Assembly (NCBI GenBank): GCA_022848865.1 | Contig: JAJISE010000001.1 | Location: 49,036 to 113,035 of the forward strand | Direction: 5' to 3' | DNA: 64,000 bases | DNA from: Thermoplasmatota archaeon | Lineage (GTDB): Archaea > Thermoplasmatota > Thermoplasmata > RBG-16-68-12 > JAGMCJ01 | Shown: piece after piece, positions 1 to 10,277 of the stretch | How the letters are laid out: every line of letters starts with the position of its first letter | Numbering within the stretch: position 1 is the first letter of the stretch | The notes under the pieces: generated by a model | The model's database searches: none | What the model was told of the DNA's origin: nothing | Seen by the model: only the letters and a program-made list of their open reading frames with translations | Program-made: the position numbers and the translations under genes

Positions 1-1740
1 ATCGCCATTGCCATTCACAACTGGACGACATCGGACGACTTTGTGAGCATCGACATTGAGGGTGAAACCTCATACCTCCCTGACTTCGGGAACACGGAGT
101 TCAATCCGTTTGATGAGGACTGGGGAGGGAAGCATCATGTATACTCAGGAGACGAAGCAATCTGGGACATATACTTCTACGAGCCTGAGGTACTTCCTGG
201 CAAGACCACGGTAAGACTCGACACGACAGTAACGCTGGGCCCGGACCCGGATGATTACTTCGAGATCCACTTCGACGCGTTCGACCCGATTGCCGACTAC
301 AAGACCCCGAACGGTCATGATCTGACATTCATTTCCTCGGCAATGATACCCGAGGATGAGGAGCCGCCAATACCGGATATCGTCATAACCCCTGAGACAA
401 TCTACGAGGGCGATCTGGTCACTCTTGACGGGTCCGGTTCGTCCGACCCTGACGGCACGATAGTCAGCTACGAATGGGACCTTGACGTGTTTGTCGACAG
501 TGATGGTGATGGCATCTATGACAATGATGTCGATGCGACTGGCCCGATCGTGACATTCATCTGGTACGATGACTACTACACCGAAGTGAAACTCACCGTG
601 ACGGATGATGATGGCCTGACAGGGACGGCCTTTGGCTACGTGGAGGTACTGAATGTGGACCCGACCCCGACGATAGAAGGGGCGTACATCGAGGTCACGC
701 TCTTCTTGAGAGTCGCTGGAGAGAAGTGGCACAACGTGGAGCTAACTCTCTACGAGAACTACGACAAGGAGACCGGCCAGTACGATGACATAGCCGCCTA
801 CATCGAGGTAGAGAGGTGGCCTGGGGACCCGTCGCTCAATCCGAGCTCTGGGGATCAGGGCATCACGATCCGCCTAGATGCGGCTGACTCCGTCAACTAC
901 ACTGCGGTGGTCACATACGATCCGTACGAGGACCTCGCCGACGCGATAATGGGCGATCAGCCCATCAACGGACAGCTGTGGGGAGCCAATCCCATCTGGA
1001 TAATCCTGGACTACGCGGAGGGTGGACAGTGCAAAATCCACCACACCTTCAACGTGCAGCAGTCCATCGAGCGGGACAGCGAGCACTTCATTCACGTGGA
1101 GCCCTGGATTGTCGACATAAACATCGGGGCACTCGTGGGTGCGCCTTTGACCTTCGTCGGGTCAGCAACGGACCCGGGTAGCGATGACCTGACATTCACG
1201 TGGGATTGGGGAGACGGCAGCAACGTCACGACCACGACCTACTACTACGATCCCTCCAGAGTGCCGCCTAACGATCCAGATCCGAGCCCGTACGAGCCCT
1301 ACTTCGGAGGAACTACTCCGCCACTCAGTGTCCAGGACACTCAGACTCATATCTACAGCTCACCTGGAACTTACGTCGTGACCCTCACTGTAACCGATGA
1401 TGATGGGGGAACGACAACCGTAACGACCACGCTTACGGTCGGGGAAGGAAATATCTGTCCCAAGGGGGGAGGAGGGGGAGGCAGAGGCGCCAACCAGGGG
1501 GAGTTGGCCCTGCTTCAGATCACAGCTTGGGAATACAACATCGACAGCGGGACTGTAGGTTCCGATGATGTTGTTACCTTCCCCGACGGCACTTCGATGA
1601 CGGCCTCGGAAGCGCTAGACCATCTGATGGACCTGTACGATAATGGCGAGTACGCGACTGCGACGGAGATAGCTGACCACCTGAACAACGAGTACGGGTA
1701 CAGCATTGGCTACTGGGGACTCGTTCCAGGGCGAAAGTAG
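1..1740 (+). CDS. Secreted/surface protein with PKD-like domains, 5'-truncated at the window edge. Its C-terminal roughly 250-aa module is paralogous to the C-terminus of 25146..27518.
   Basis: The reading frame is open from nt 1 with no upstream stop. PKD-like motifs are present (DPDGTIVSYEWD, TVTDDDGGTTTVTTTLTV). The strings GEKWHNVE, HHTFNV, DPGSDDLTFTWDWGD and GTYVVTLTVTDDDGG are shared with the 790-aa protein on the minus strand. Confidence 0.7.
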   Translation: MAIAIHNWTTSDDFVSIDIEGETSYLPDFGNTEFNPFDEDWGGKHHVYSGDEAIWDIYFYEPEVLPGKTTVRLDTTVTLGPDPDDYFEIHFDAFDPIADYKTPNGHDLTFISSAMIPEDEEPPIPDIVITPETIYEGDLVTLDGSGSSDPDGTIVSYEWDLDVFVDSDGDGIYDNDVDATGPIVTFIWYDDYYTEVKLTVTDDDGLTGTAFGYVEVLNVDPTPTIEGAYIEVTLFLRVAGEKWHNVELTLYENYDKETGQYDDIAAYIEVERWPGDPSLNPSSGDQGITIRLDAADSVNYTAVVTYDPYEDLADAIMGDQPINGQLWGANPIWIILDYAEGGQCKIHHTFNVQQSIERDSEHFIHVEPWIVDINIGALVGAPLTFVGSATDPGSDDLTFTWDWGDGSNVTTTTYYYDPSRVPPNDPDPSPYEPYFGGTTPPLSVQDTQTHIYSSPGTYVVTLTVTDDDGGTTTVTTTLTVGEGNICPKGGGGGGRGANQGELALLQITAWEYNIDSGTVGSDDVVTFPDGTSMTASEALDHLMDLYDNGEYATATEIADHLNNEYGYSIGYWGLVPGRK

Positions 1741-1775
1741 GCCTGACCTCTAGCTGTTAGTGGCCATTCAGGAAA

Positions 1776-1786
1776 CGAATATATAG
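1776..1786 (+). promoter_or_regulatory. TATA-box-like element (gaatatatag) about 28 nt upstream of the ATG at 1809; a leaderless-type archaeal promoter.
   Basis: An AT-rich TATA-like octamer sits in an otherwise GC-rich intergenic region at the spacing typical of archaeal leaderless transcripts. Confidence 0.35.
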
Positions 1787-1808
1787 TGCAATCCATGGTC
1801 TTGGTCAC

Positions 1809-3692
1809 ATGAAGAACCGCGTTGCCATCACCATCATGGCAATCCTCGTTACAAGTACGCTCGCCGGCGTGAACGTGAGAGCAGCTGTTACTGTGAACGA
1901 CGTCGTGACCGTCGTCTCAGATTATGTGAACGAATCCAAGGTCGTGGCGGGTGCGCTGCTGAACTTCACGGGATCCCCGCCAGATGCGCTCTTGGATGTG
2001 GATTTCCAGTGGTACGACCCTGGCGGTTCGCTCGTCTATACAGTGGCATCCGATCCTGACGATGGCGGACTCGCAAGAAGCAATTACACCGTTAACCAGA
2101 CGGGGACATGGTGGGTCAACGCGAGCTATACGCAACCTCCTGATGTGTTCTACCACAATGTGTCCTTCGAGGTCGTTGACGACCACTGGAACTCTTCCGC
2201 GAGGGTCATCAAGCGGGATTTGGTCGTCGGTGCTAACGCGACGCTCACCATCGATCCGGGAGCGACTATCGCGTTTGACAATGGAACCAGGCTCTCTGTT
2301 GCAGGAACCTTGGTTGCTCAGGGCTCGTGGAACCAGATGATAGCCTTCACCTCGAACTCCTCGGCGCCCCAGAAGGGGGACTGGGAAGGCGTGTACTTCG
2401 ACACGGGCAGTGAATCGTCAGCATTCAACTACGCGAGGATCGAGTACACGGAAAACGGTGCATACATCCGGAACACGAACGTTACAATCCAGAACAGCAC
2501 TTTCATGAACAACACTCACGGGATACGACTGGAAGCCTCAACTTCGCTTGTCTACAACAACACGCTGGAGAACAACACATATGGACTGCGGTCCTTTGCT
2601 TCGCAGCCCGTCCTGATCTCGAACACCGCCATCAACAACGTAGCTGGATACTACTCCTATGGCAGCGGCCTCTTGATCAGCAGGATGAATGTCGCCCGGG
2701 GAAACGAGCAGGTGGGCTTCCACCTGGATTTCACCAATGTTCAGTCCCAAGGTGATGTCTCGGAAGGCAGCATTGTTGGCCTGAGACTCGGAGTTTCGTC
2801 TGGCACCATCGAAGGTGCAAACATATCGGGTGTGGATGATGGCGTGTACGCCTACGAAGGTGACGCGACTTTCTACAACTCGACGATTAGTGGGGGGTTG
2901 AGGGACTTCTTCCTCGAGTCGGGTTCTGCTCTGGTCGTGGTCAACTCCACTTTTGGCGGGAAGGTCTCCGCGGGATCTGGTTGTCCAGTCTGTCATCTTC
3001 TCGTTAGGAACTACTTGACCGTCCACACCATCGAGCACCAGACGTCGGATCCAGTCGAGAATGTCACCGTTGAGATTACAGACAACGGTGTATCCGTTTT
3101 CTCCAACGTCACCGACGTCCAGGGATACTTGCAAGACATCACGGTTGCCCACGAGACCTACGAAGACGGTGTGAGAGTGCACAATACCACGATGGTGACG
3201 GTTACTCACCCCACTCTGTTCTTCGCGTACCACAACAGGAGCGTCGACATGAGCCTCTCACATACGGAGGTCTTTGAGGGAGATACCCTGGACACTGACG
3301 GAGACGGTGAGCCAGACTTCAGCGATCTGGATGATGACGGTGATGGGTTGTCCGATGAGATGGAGAATGGACTCGGGACGAATCCGCTGTCCAACGACAC
3401 CGATGAGGACACTATGCCCGACGGCTGGGAGCACTCGAATTCTCTTGATCCCTTGGATCCCTCCGATGCCGATGAAGATCTGGATGGGGATGGATTCTCC
3501 AACCTCGTCGAGTATCAGAACGAGACCGACCCCGACGATCCGCACAGCCATCCGCCCGTGGAAGATGAAGGAGATGACAAGTGGTTCGACTACGTCCTGT
3601 ATGCGGCGATAGCGCTCATGGTGGTTGCGGCCCTCGTGGTTGTGCTCCTGCTCGTCAGGCGCAGGAAGAAGGAAGAACCACCGGTCGAGTAG
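1809..3692 (+). CDS. Cell-surface glycoprotein with a right-handed parallel beta-helix repeat region, an Asp-rich calcium-binding-like (thrombospondin type 3-like) repeat segment and a C-terminal TM anchor followed by RRRKK.
   Basis: N-terminal signal peptide (MKNRVAITIMAILVTSTLAGVNVRA). There are many N-x-S/T sequons. Beta-helix-like repeats are present (NSTFMNNTHGIRL, NNTLENNTYGLRS, NTAINNVAGY). A D-x-D-x-D-G stretch is present (DTDGDGEPDFSDLDDDGDGLSDE...DEDLDGDGFSN). A hydrophobic C-terminal helix is followed by basic residues. Confidence 0.7.
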   Translation: MKNRVAITIMAILVTSTLAGVNVRAAVTVNDVVTVVSDYVNESKVVAGALLNFTGSPPDALLDVDFQWYDPGGSLVYTVASDPDDGGLARSNYTVNQTGTWWVNASYTQPPDVFYHNVSFEVVDDHWNSSARVIKRDLVVGANATLTIDPGATIAFDNGTRLSVAGTLVAQGSWNQMIAFTSNSSAPQKGDWEGVYFDTGSESSAFNYARIEYTENGAYIRNTNVTIQNSTFMNNTHGIRLEASTSLVYNNTLENNTYGLRSFASQPVLISNTAINNVAGYYSYGSGLLISRMNVARGNEQVGFHLDFTNVQSQGDVSEGSIVGLRLGVSSGTIEGANISGVDDGVYAYEGDATFYNSTISGGLRDFFLESGSALVVVNSTFGGKVSAGSGCPVCHLLVRNYLTVHTIEHQTSDPVENVTVEITDNGVSVFSNVTDVQGYLQDITVAHETYEDGVRVHNTTMVTVTHPTLFFAYHNRSVDMSLSHTEVFEGDTLDTDGDGEPDFSDLDDDGDGLSDEMENGLGTNPLSNDTDEDTMPDGWEHSNSLDPLDPSDADEDLDGDGFSNLVEYQNETDPDDPHSHPPVEDEGDDKWFDYVLYAAIALMVVAALVVVLLLVRRRKKEEPPVE

Positions 3693-3704
3693 TTATAGCC
3701 GGGA

Positions 3705-4208
3705 ATGCGTTGGTGGGTCGTGCTTGTCAGAGTGATCAGGCCCCACGGCGAGACATTCGATTACGAACAGGAACTGGTCGAGGACCGAGGGGACCTTGTC
3801 ATAACGCGGTTCGACTTCGTCGATTTCAGAAGGCCGTTGATCATACACGGTCAGGAAGTCGTGGCAGAGGGCTATCGTGCCCTGTTGTTCGAGTTCTTCC
3901 ACCCTCCACTTGAGATCATCGTAGTCACAGACAAGGATGGGAACCTCACGGGCTACTTCTGCAACGTGAACACTGAGCCTTCTCGCGTCGAGGGAGGGTA
4001 TGAGATCGTCGATCTGTACCTCGACGTGTTTGTCCTGCCTGACATGCGGTACGAGGTTCTTGATGAGGACGAGTTTCAAGAGGCTATCGAGAAGGGTTGG
4101 ATAACTGAGGAGCAGGTGTCGCTGGCAAGGGAGACCGTCGCCCGAGTAATCAAGGATGTCGAGACGGGGCGCTTCCCGCCAAGAATCGTGCAGGAGTTCC
4201 GGGCCTAG
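3705..4208 (+). CDS. DUF402-family protein (FomD-like nucleoside di/triphosphatase fold).
   Basis: The conserved acidic block VDLYLDVFVLPDMRYEVLDEDEFQEAIEKGWITEE is typical of DUF402. The size is about 167 aa. Confidence 0.5.
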   Translation: MRWWVVLVRVIRPHGETFDYEQELVEDRGDLVITRFDFVDFRRPLIIHGQEVVAEGYRALLFEFFHPPLEIIVVTDKDGNLTGYFCNVNTEPSRVEGGYEIVDLYLDVFVLPDMRYEVLDEDEFQEAIEKGWITEEQVSLARETVARVIKDVETGRFPPRIVQEFRA

Positions 4209-5296
4209 ATCTCGATGAAATCGCGGTCGGCCGTCGTAAGAGACTCGCAGCCACCCTTCGTTACGACGATATCGTCTTCGATCCTAACGCCACCATATCC
4301 GCGAACGTATATCCCTGGTTCGACTGTGAAGACCATGCCCTTCTCGAGCTTGAAGTCCGAGAACGGACCAAGACCCATCCCATCATGGACAGACAGCCCG
4401 ATGCTGTGACCGAGCCCGTGGGTGAACTTGCCTCTGAATCTCGTCTTGTCTATCATCCTCGCCGCTGCGTTGTGCACCGTTGACGCCTTCACACCTGGCC
4501 GTATTCTCCTCATGGCGCTTCTCTGGGTCTTCAGGACGATCTCGTACATCTCCTTCTGCTTCTTCTTCGCCTTTCCCAGGACGTAGGTCCTGGTCAGATC
4601 CGAGACGTATTTCTTGTAGCGGGCGCCGAAATCGAAGAGGACGAAGTCCCGCTTCTGAAGCGTCCTGTCCGCCGCCGTGTAGTGCGCCTCCGCCGAGTTC
4701 GGCCCCGAGGCGGGTATAGTCTCGAACGCGGGTTCAGACGCTCCCTTCTTCTGCATCAGGAAGTTTATCCTCGCCGAAAGTTCGTACTCCTTCACTCCGA
4801 CGTCTATGTAGGGAATAATCTCCTTGGCGACCTCGGATGAGATCTTGCACGCCCTCCTTATTGTCGCGATCTCCTTCCTGTCCTTCACGACCCTGGCTTT
4901 CATCACGGCTTCGGATACGTCAATGAGCTCCGCTTTGGGGGCGAGCTTCTTGAGAAGCAGGTAGTTCCGATACGTGAGCTCTGGCGGGTTCACTCCGATT
5001 CTCTTGCAGCCTCGAAGCGAGGACTTGAACATCTTCTCCCTCTCCTGGATGCTCTTGAATATCCTCACTGGGAAATCCGCCCTTCTCGCACTCTCCTGCT
5101 CAAGGAGCGATGTCACCAATCTCAGCGATTTGTCTGGATAAGTGAAAACGGCGCTGCCCTCGAAGAGGCCTGATGTGAACCCAGTAACATAGAAGAACGT
5201 CATGTCGTGCAACGGCTCGGTTCCGTTCATGAACACAATGCAGTCGATGCCCTTCCCGGCATTTCGGAATATCTTCCCCACTCTCGATTTCATCAT
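4205..5296 (-). CDS. Xaa-Pro aminopeptidase/dipeptidase, M24B family.
   Basis: M24 pita-bread metal-ligand motifs are present (HGLGHSIGLSVHD, VFTVEPGIY, GGVRIEDDIVVT). The length is 363 aa. Confidence 0.85.
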   Translation of the reverse strand: MMKSRVGKIFRNAGKGIDCIVFMNGTEPLHDMTFFYVTGFTSGLFEGSAVFTYPDKSLRLVTSLLEQESARRADFPVRIFKSIQEREKMFKSSLRGCKRIGVNPPELTYRNYLLLKKLAPKAELIDVSEAVMKARVVKDRKEIATIRRACKISSEVAKEIIPYIDVGVKEYELSARINFLMQKKGASEPAFETIPASGPNSAEAHYTAADRTLQKRDFVLFDFGARYKKYVSDLTRTYVLGKAKKKQKEMYEIVLKTQRSAMRRIRPGVKASTVHNAAARMIDKTRFRGKFTHGLGHSIGLSVHDGMGLGPFSDFKLEKGMVFTVEPGIYVRGYGGVRIEDDIVVTKGGCESLTTADRDFIEI

Positions 5297-5357
5297 AGTC
5301 GGTAATATCTCATAGCCTAAATCATATTTGCTAGTAAGTGTTCATCCCTAGCTGACG

Positions 5358-5687
5358 ATGGCAAGAAGAAGAAAGAAGGGTCTCGAGCGGAGAATCGCGC
5401 GGGAGAGGATTCTGATCCTGTTCCAGCAGGCCGAGAAGGAGTCCCTCCGGGGCAACTTGAGGAGGTCGAACAGGTACGTCCAGCTGGCCAGGCGCATCGG
5501 CATGAGGTACAACACGCCCTTCCCTTCGGCCCTGAAGAGAAGGTTCTGCCGGAAATGTGGCTCCTTCCTGCTCCCGTCCGAGAACAGCAGGGTGCGGCTC
5601 CGGAGTTCAAGGATAACGATAACGTGCGGAGAATGTGGCCATATAATGAGGATGCCCTATCTGAGAGAGAAGTCTAGTAGGCGGTAG
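5358..5687 (+). CDS. rnp4: RNase P protein component 4 (Rpp21/Rnp4), zinc-ribbon subunit.
   Basis: There is a near-identical block to archaeal Rpp21 (ITCGECGHIMRMPYLRE, compared with ITCLECGHIMRYPYLRE in Pyrococcus). The N-terminal helix IARERILILF and the CRKCGSF...CGECG zinc ribbon are also present. Confidence 0.9.
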   Translation: MARRRKKGLERRIARERILILFQQAEKESLRGNLRRSNRYVQLARRIGMRYNTPFPSALKRRFCRKCGSFLLPSENSRVRLRSSRITITCGECGHIMRMPYLREKSSRR

Positions 5688-6531
5688 TCATATCGATTTT
5701 TCCCGCCCGCCTGGCGAGGTAGTCGCCCAGTCTGAAAATGAGTATTGACAGGAAGTAGAAGAATAGGGCTGAAACCGCCAGCAGCGCAACCAGCCAGAAG
5801 TTCTCGATGCCCTGGAGCCCTGTGCCTTCCAGCTGCTGTGCGGGGAGCAGGGCCTTTCTCATCGCTTCCAGCCAGTATGTCACTGGAATGGCATATCCGA
5901 GGGATTGGCCCCACGCGGGGAGTTGAGTTATGGGGAAAACGACGCCGCAGAAGACGTAGAATAGACCCGCGATGCCTTCGTTGATTCCCCCACTGTGCTT
6001 GGCGGTCAGGAAGGTTATCCCCGCCAGAGCGATACCGATAGAGACCAAACATGCCATGCCCACAGTCAAGCAGAGGATAAGAAGGCCCCAGTCCATCGTG
6101 AACGCGTCCACGGGAATGCCCAGGACAAAGACACCGAAGAGCAGTGTGACCACGACAGCTATCGTCGCGATGAGAATCTTGCTTCCCGCTCGACCTATGA
6201 TGTAGTAGTAGAAGCTGATCGGTGAAATGTATATCAACTTCAGAGTCTGGAAGTGCTCCCTGTCCTCGTGGATGACCCAGGTCACACCGAAGAGCACCTG
6301 CCCTACATAGATGAAGAAAGCGTTGCCCAGGAATATGAAAGCGAATGCATCTCTTTGAGCAGCGACCCCGCCGAGTATGACGATGTACATGAAGACAAGG
6401 ATCAAGGCACCAGAGACAGGCTTCGCTACAGAGTAAACCAAGAACAGGAACGGATCGGTCCAGTTGGCTTCCATCTGCCAGCCGAGCCATCCGGCCCCAA
6501 GAAGGGTCCTGAGGTTCTCCTTCATTGCCAT
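5674..6531 (-). CDS. ABC-2 type transporter permease.
   Basis: Six predicted TM helices. It is in an operon with an upstream ABC ATPase and a second permease, and it overlaps its neighbour by 10 nt. Confidence 0.7.
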   Translation of the reverse strand: MAMKENLRTLLGAGWLGWQMEANWTDPFLFLVYSVAKPVSGALILVFMYIVILGGVAAQRDAFAFIFLGNAFFIYVGQVLFGVTWVIHEDREHFQTLKLIYISPISFYYYIIGRAGSKILIATIAVVVTLLFGVFVLGIPVDAFTMDWGLLILCLTVGMACLVSIGIALAGITFLTAKHSGGINEGIAGLFYVFCGVVFPITQLPAWGQSLGYAIPVTYWLEAMRKALLPAQQLEGTGLQGIENFWLVALLAVSALFFYFLSILIFRLGDYLARRAGKIDMTTAY

Positions 6532-7370
6532 CTCATCGTCAACCTCCCGGTCTTTCGGCCCAAGTTCTCCATGAAGCGGAGAGAGTGTCTAGCAAGGAAA
6601 AGGAAGAGAACGGACAGAACCGCAAGTGCGACCAGCTCCACTTCCACAGGAAGGAAGCCGTGGATGTCGGCGGTTTCGGTGAACATGAGCTGCCTGAGAG
6701 CGTCAAGCCCGAGTGTGATGGGAATGATGGATGCGGACAACGCGACAATGGATCCCAGGTACCTCACAGGGAAGTAGAACCCCGAGACGAGGTAGATGGG
6801 CTCGGTGAGAAGACTGGACATGTGCCAAGCTTCTCTTCCGTAGATCATGTAGAGCGATGCGAAGAGCATCCCCATCCCGTACAGAGCTATCAGAGTGAGG
6901 AGGAACACGAGAACCAAGTATATCGGCGGGCCGAGGGAGAAGGTCACTCCGAATATGAGCACACCTATGACTATCGTGGAGACCGCCCGCACGGTAGTGT
7001 AGAACATCCCGCCGACCGCCATGCCTCCGAGAACCGCCATCCTCGACATCGGAGCGATCATATAGAGCTGAAGGTTGCCTATCTCCTTCTCCCAGTAGAA
7101 CTGAGCTGCCATGCTCCACAGGACGTTCATCCAGTAGGCTGTCATAGCACCTCCGAGGATGACATAGCCGACGAACTGACCGATGTATTCCTTCTGTGGC
7201 CCTTGAGCAAGGCTGCCGAGATATTGATAGACGAAGACGTAAGCAGCGACGGTGAGCAGTGGCAGGATCGTATCGAAGAATATCCAGCTGAGTTCCCGGG
7301 TGCCTCCAACTACCCTTGGGTACGCTCGGCCCTTCAGGGCCCTCAGGTTGAGCAGCACGTAGTCCTTCAT
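6522..7370 (-). CDS. ABC-2 type transporter permease.
   Basis: Polytopic membrane protein. Its ATGA start/stop overlaps the ATPase gene at 7367-7370. Confidence 0.7.
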   Translation of the reverse strand: MKDYVLLNLRALKGRAYPRVVGGTRELSWIFFDTILPLLTVAAYVFVYQYLGSLAQGPQKEYIGQFVGYVILGGAMTAYWMNVLWSMAAQFYWEKEIGNLQLYMIAPMSRMAVLGGMAVGGMFYTTVRAVSTIVIGVLIFGVTFSLGPPIYLVLVFLLTLIALYGMGMLFASLYMIYGREAWHMSSLLTEPIYLVSGFYFPVRYLGSIVALSASIIPITLGLDALRQLMFTETADIHGFLPVEVELVALAVLSVLFLFLARHSLRFMENLGRKTGRLTMRWQ

Positions 7371-8407
7371 GCCAGCCCCCTGCCCACGAGAGAGACGAAA
7401 ACATCCTCGAGCGTGGGCTCTCTCTTTTCAAGCGAGTGGATTTTGGCGCCCTGTTCCACGATCCTGGAGACGATGTCGGCAACCGCGGATTCGTCCTGTA
7501 CTATGAAGGTGAGCAACGTCCTGTTCATCTGACCGTCGTGCTTGTAGGTGAAGTTCTGGATGCCTTCGATTCCTTTGAGCTTGTCAGGATCCCTAAGGTA
7601 ATCCGTCTCGAACGAGAGTGATGAGGCCTTGCTGACCGTCTTCTTCAGATTCCGAGGCGTGTCGCACGCCACTATTCCGCCCTCGTCTATGATCGCTAGC
7701 CTGTCGCAGAGCTCATCCGCCTCCATCATGTAATGGGTCGTGAGGAGAACCGTCCTTCCGCTCACCTCCCTCACCCAGTTGCTGATGAACTTCCTGATTA
7801 TCCGACTCGCGTTCACATCAAGCCCTAGAGTGGGCTCATCGAGGAAGATTATGCTCGGGTCCGTCATGAATCCCCTAATTACGTTCGCCTTCTGCCTCTC
7901 GCCCGTCGAGAGCGTCCTGACCTTCGCGTTCCTCTTGTCCCAGATCCCGAAGGCCTCCAACATCTCATCTATCCGTTTCTTGGCCTCCTTGGAGGGGATT
8001 CCGTAGAACTGGGAGAACATCCACAGGTTCTCACGGGTCGTGAGCAGTCCGTAGCCAGATGTTTCCCCGCCAGAGACCATGTTGATGATCCTTCTAATCG
8101 GATACGGGTCCTTCTCAACGTCGTTCCCGGCGACATATGCCTTTCCAGAAGTGGGAAGAAGAAGCGTGCAGAGGATCTTTATCAGTGTTGTTTTTCCTGC
8201 GCCGTTGGGACCTAGGAGACCGAAGAGCTCGCCCTCTTTGATGCGCAGGTTCACGTCCTTCAGCGCTGTGACGTCCGGCTCCGCTCCCTTGCTCCCGCTA
8301 CGCCTCCTCCTCCTCCGCTTCTTCACGCGGAAGATCCTCGTCAGATCCTTCGTCTCGACAGCGTAGTTCATCTCTCGCCACCACGTTGAGATGCCCACCT
8401 CGTTCAT
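7367..8407 (-). CDS. ABC transporter ATP-binding protein (ABC-2 subfamily) with an unusual N-terminal poly-Arg insertion.
   Basis: Walker A (GLLGPNGAGKTT), signature motif (LSTGERQKANV) and Walker B (IIFLDEPTLGLD) are present. The N-terminal insertion reads KKRRRRRRSGSKG. Confidence 0.9.
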   Translation of the reverse strand: MNEVGISTWWREMNYAVETKDLTRIFRVKKRRRRRRSGSKGAEPDVTALKDVNLRIKEGELFGLLGPNGAGKTTLIKILCTLLLPTSGKAYVAGNDVEKDPYPIRRIINMVSGGETSGYGLLTTRENLWMFSQFYGIPSKEAKKRIDEMLEAFGIWDKRNAKVRTLSTGERQKANVIRGFMTDPSIIFLDEPTLGLDVNASRIIRKFISNWVREVSGRTVLLTTHYMMEADELCDRLAIIDEGGIVACDTPRNLKKTVSKASSLSFETDYLRDPDKLKGIEGIQNFTYKHDGQMNRTLLTFIVQDESAVADIVSRIVEQGAKIHSLEKREPTLEDVFVSLVGRGLA

Positions 8408-8456
8408 ACTTCGGGGGCTATAAGCCTAACGGCAGGGGGTTGATGAAGGTAGGACG

Positions 8457-8492
8457 CTTGCCATGGGGTCTTCCCCGGCAAGCCAAAAAAAA
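8457..8492 (-). terminator. Hairpin plus oligo-T (on the minus strand) immediately downstream of rps17e.
   Basis: The arms gcttgcc and ggcaagc flank a GGGG/CCCC inner stem and are followed by an 8-nt A-run on the plus strand, which is a T8 run on the minus strand. Archaeal termination typically occurs at oligo-T. Confidence 0.45.
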
Positions 8493-8503
8493 CTTGCCAG
8501 GAA

Positions 8504-8704
8504 TCAGGCCTCGTAGTGCTTCCTGAATGTTGTGAGGTATCCCGCGATTCTGTTTCTCAATTTTAACGTGGTCACGTCCGTCAACTCCTGGACTTTCTTC
8601 TTGTTGTGCTCGAAGTCATCGGTGAACTCTTCCGGATATCTCTTGATGAGTTCCACGGCAATCCTCTTGATGTACGTCGGTCTTATGTTACCCAAGCGTT
8701 TCAC
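8504..8704 (-). CDS. rps17e: 30S ribosomal protein S17e.
   Basis: [32 protein letters not shown] matches the S17e family. The ORF-track start is GTG at 8704. A TTG at 8695 would give the canonical MGNIRPT N-terminus. Confidence 0.9.
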   Translation of the reverse strand: MKRLGNIRPTYIKRIAVELIKRYPEEFTDDFEHNKKKVQELTDVTTLKLRNRIAGYLTTFRKHYEA

Positions 8705-8918
8705 TCCAAGGTGATTTCATCTCGGCGTTCGACTTTCAATGTGGCCATCACTAATAAATGTTGCCCTGACTGTTCTGCCTTCGGTGTCACTTCCAGGAAC
8801 GTCGAGGAATCCGGGATTCTCTCTAGTTCGATCCCTCAGAGGCCATTCCATACAGGTTCTCACTGCGGAAGATTCAAATACAGAATCTGTTTACGCCACT
8901 TCTGAAAGGGGACAGAAG

Positions 8919-9086
8919 ATGGAAGAATCGCTCTGTAATGTCGAGTTCCTCAAGGACGCATCCACGTATCTGGCCCGTGTTCAAAGCGAGCTGGGAGGAG
9001 TGAGAGAGTACAGGAGTCCCACTTTCGAAGAGGTTTTGGAGCAGGTCATAATCGACTTGCAGGAAGAGTTCGAGGGCGCGGTCTAG
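8919..9086 (+). CDS. Hypothetical small acidic protein of 55 aa.
   Basis: An internal ATG is preceded by a GGGG-rich SD-like sequence. It overlaps the next gene by 4 nt. There is no recognisable family, so this is a weak call. Confidence 0.25.
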   Translation: MEESLCNVEFLKDASTYLARVQSELGGVREYRSPTFEEVLEQVIIDLQEEFEGAV

Positions 9087-10201
9087 ACGAGCTTCCCGTC
9101 CTTCATAATCGTTTCTTCAGAGTCGTCAGGATGAATCGCGGTTATCGTCGGGTACCAGACCAGCCCGTCGAGATGTGTGAAAGACTTCACGTCCTCGTCG
9201 TAGTTGGATCCGATGGCAATGTGGCACGTCCCGTAGACCTTCTCGTCCTCCAGCATGTTGCCAACGATCTCGGCCTTCTTGTTCAGCCCTATCCCGAGCT
9301 CGCCGAGACACCTGGCTCCTTTGACGTATTCCTCAGATTTCTCTTTCGTCATAGAACCCTTTTCCGCCATCTCGAGTGCGGTCTCCTTGCTTATGTTCAG
9401 CGTGTTCTCCAAGGCCGTGGCCTCGGTCCCGCCCTTGATCTTCGTGACCGAGTTGCTCTCGACCTTCACCTTGATTGGATCGCGGATTATGATCACGCCC
9501 TTGTGGGCGGATATGCTTCCGTCGTAGACGATGGTTCCTTCTGAGGACTCCAGCTCGGGTGATATGTAGACCTCGCCTGCGGGGAGGTTCCCGCCCGTGC
9601 CTGGCTTCGTGAAGTCTCCGTCATCCAAGTGGGTAGTCCTGCCCTTCAGTCCGATCCTCACGTCCGTTCCGGCCTTGGCGGTAATGTGAACGGCATCGGC
9701 CTTGTCCAGGATTCCCTTCAACTTCCGGGCGTTGCTCCTGAGCTCCCCGTAATCTATCGGAACCGTCTCGATGAACATCTTGGCTGTGATGCTAGGGGAC
9801 CAGAACGACCTCAGCTTCTTCGTCTTCCAGAGGTACGTGAAGATGTGATCGAACTCCTTCCCGCCCTCGCTGATGGGGTCCTTCAACCTGAACCTGTCCT
9901 TTCCGAGTTTGTGGCGGCTAATCGATATGAAAACGTCTGGATTCGATTCGATCGCTCTAATCACGGCGTCCTCGGCGAAATCCACCTGCGTCTTGGGCTC
10001 CTGAAAGACCAGCGACGTCTTCCCGCCAGAGTCGACCGACGCGTTGAAGACCACTTCGGATATCCTCCGAACATCGTCATCTGGATTCGAGACGATGAGA
10101 ACGTTCTCCCCCTCCTTCACAGCTATGACGTCCTCAATCGCCACTTTCGCGGCCCGCTTGAGGTCTTCGTCGTAGGCGATGGATTCCATGAATTTCGACA
10201 T
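9083..10201 (-). CDS. M29-family aminopeptidase (AmpS/PepS-like).
   Basis: Blocks NLPAGEVYISP, CLGELGIGLN and YGTCHIAIG align with the NMPTEEVFTAP, ALGECALVP and NHLAIG blocks of PepS. Confidence 0.7.
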   Translation of the reverse strand: MSKFMESIAYDEDLKRAAKVAIEDVIAVKEGENVLIVSNPDDDVRRISEVVFNASVDSGGKTSLVFQEPKTQVDFAEDAVIRAIESNPDVFISISRHKLGKDRFRLKDPISEGGKEFDHIFTYLWKTKKLRSFWSPSITAKMFIETVPIDYGELRSNARKLKGILDKADAVHITAKAGTDVRIGLKGRTTHLDDGDFTKPGTGGNLPAGEVYISPELESSEGTIVYDGSISAHKGVIIIRDPIKVKVESNSVTKIKGGTEATALENTLNISKETALEMAEKGSMTKEKSEEYVKGARCLGELGIGLNKKAEIVGNMLEDEKVYGTCHIAIGSNYDEDVKSFTHLDGLVWYPTITAIHPDDSEETIMKDGKLV

Positions 10202-10277
10202 CAGACTCCTCCCTGGTCACAGGACCTGAAAGAGAAAAGGATCCGAGAATAAGAACTTGGCGGGAGCCGCGGAAGGC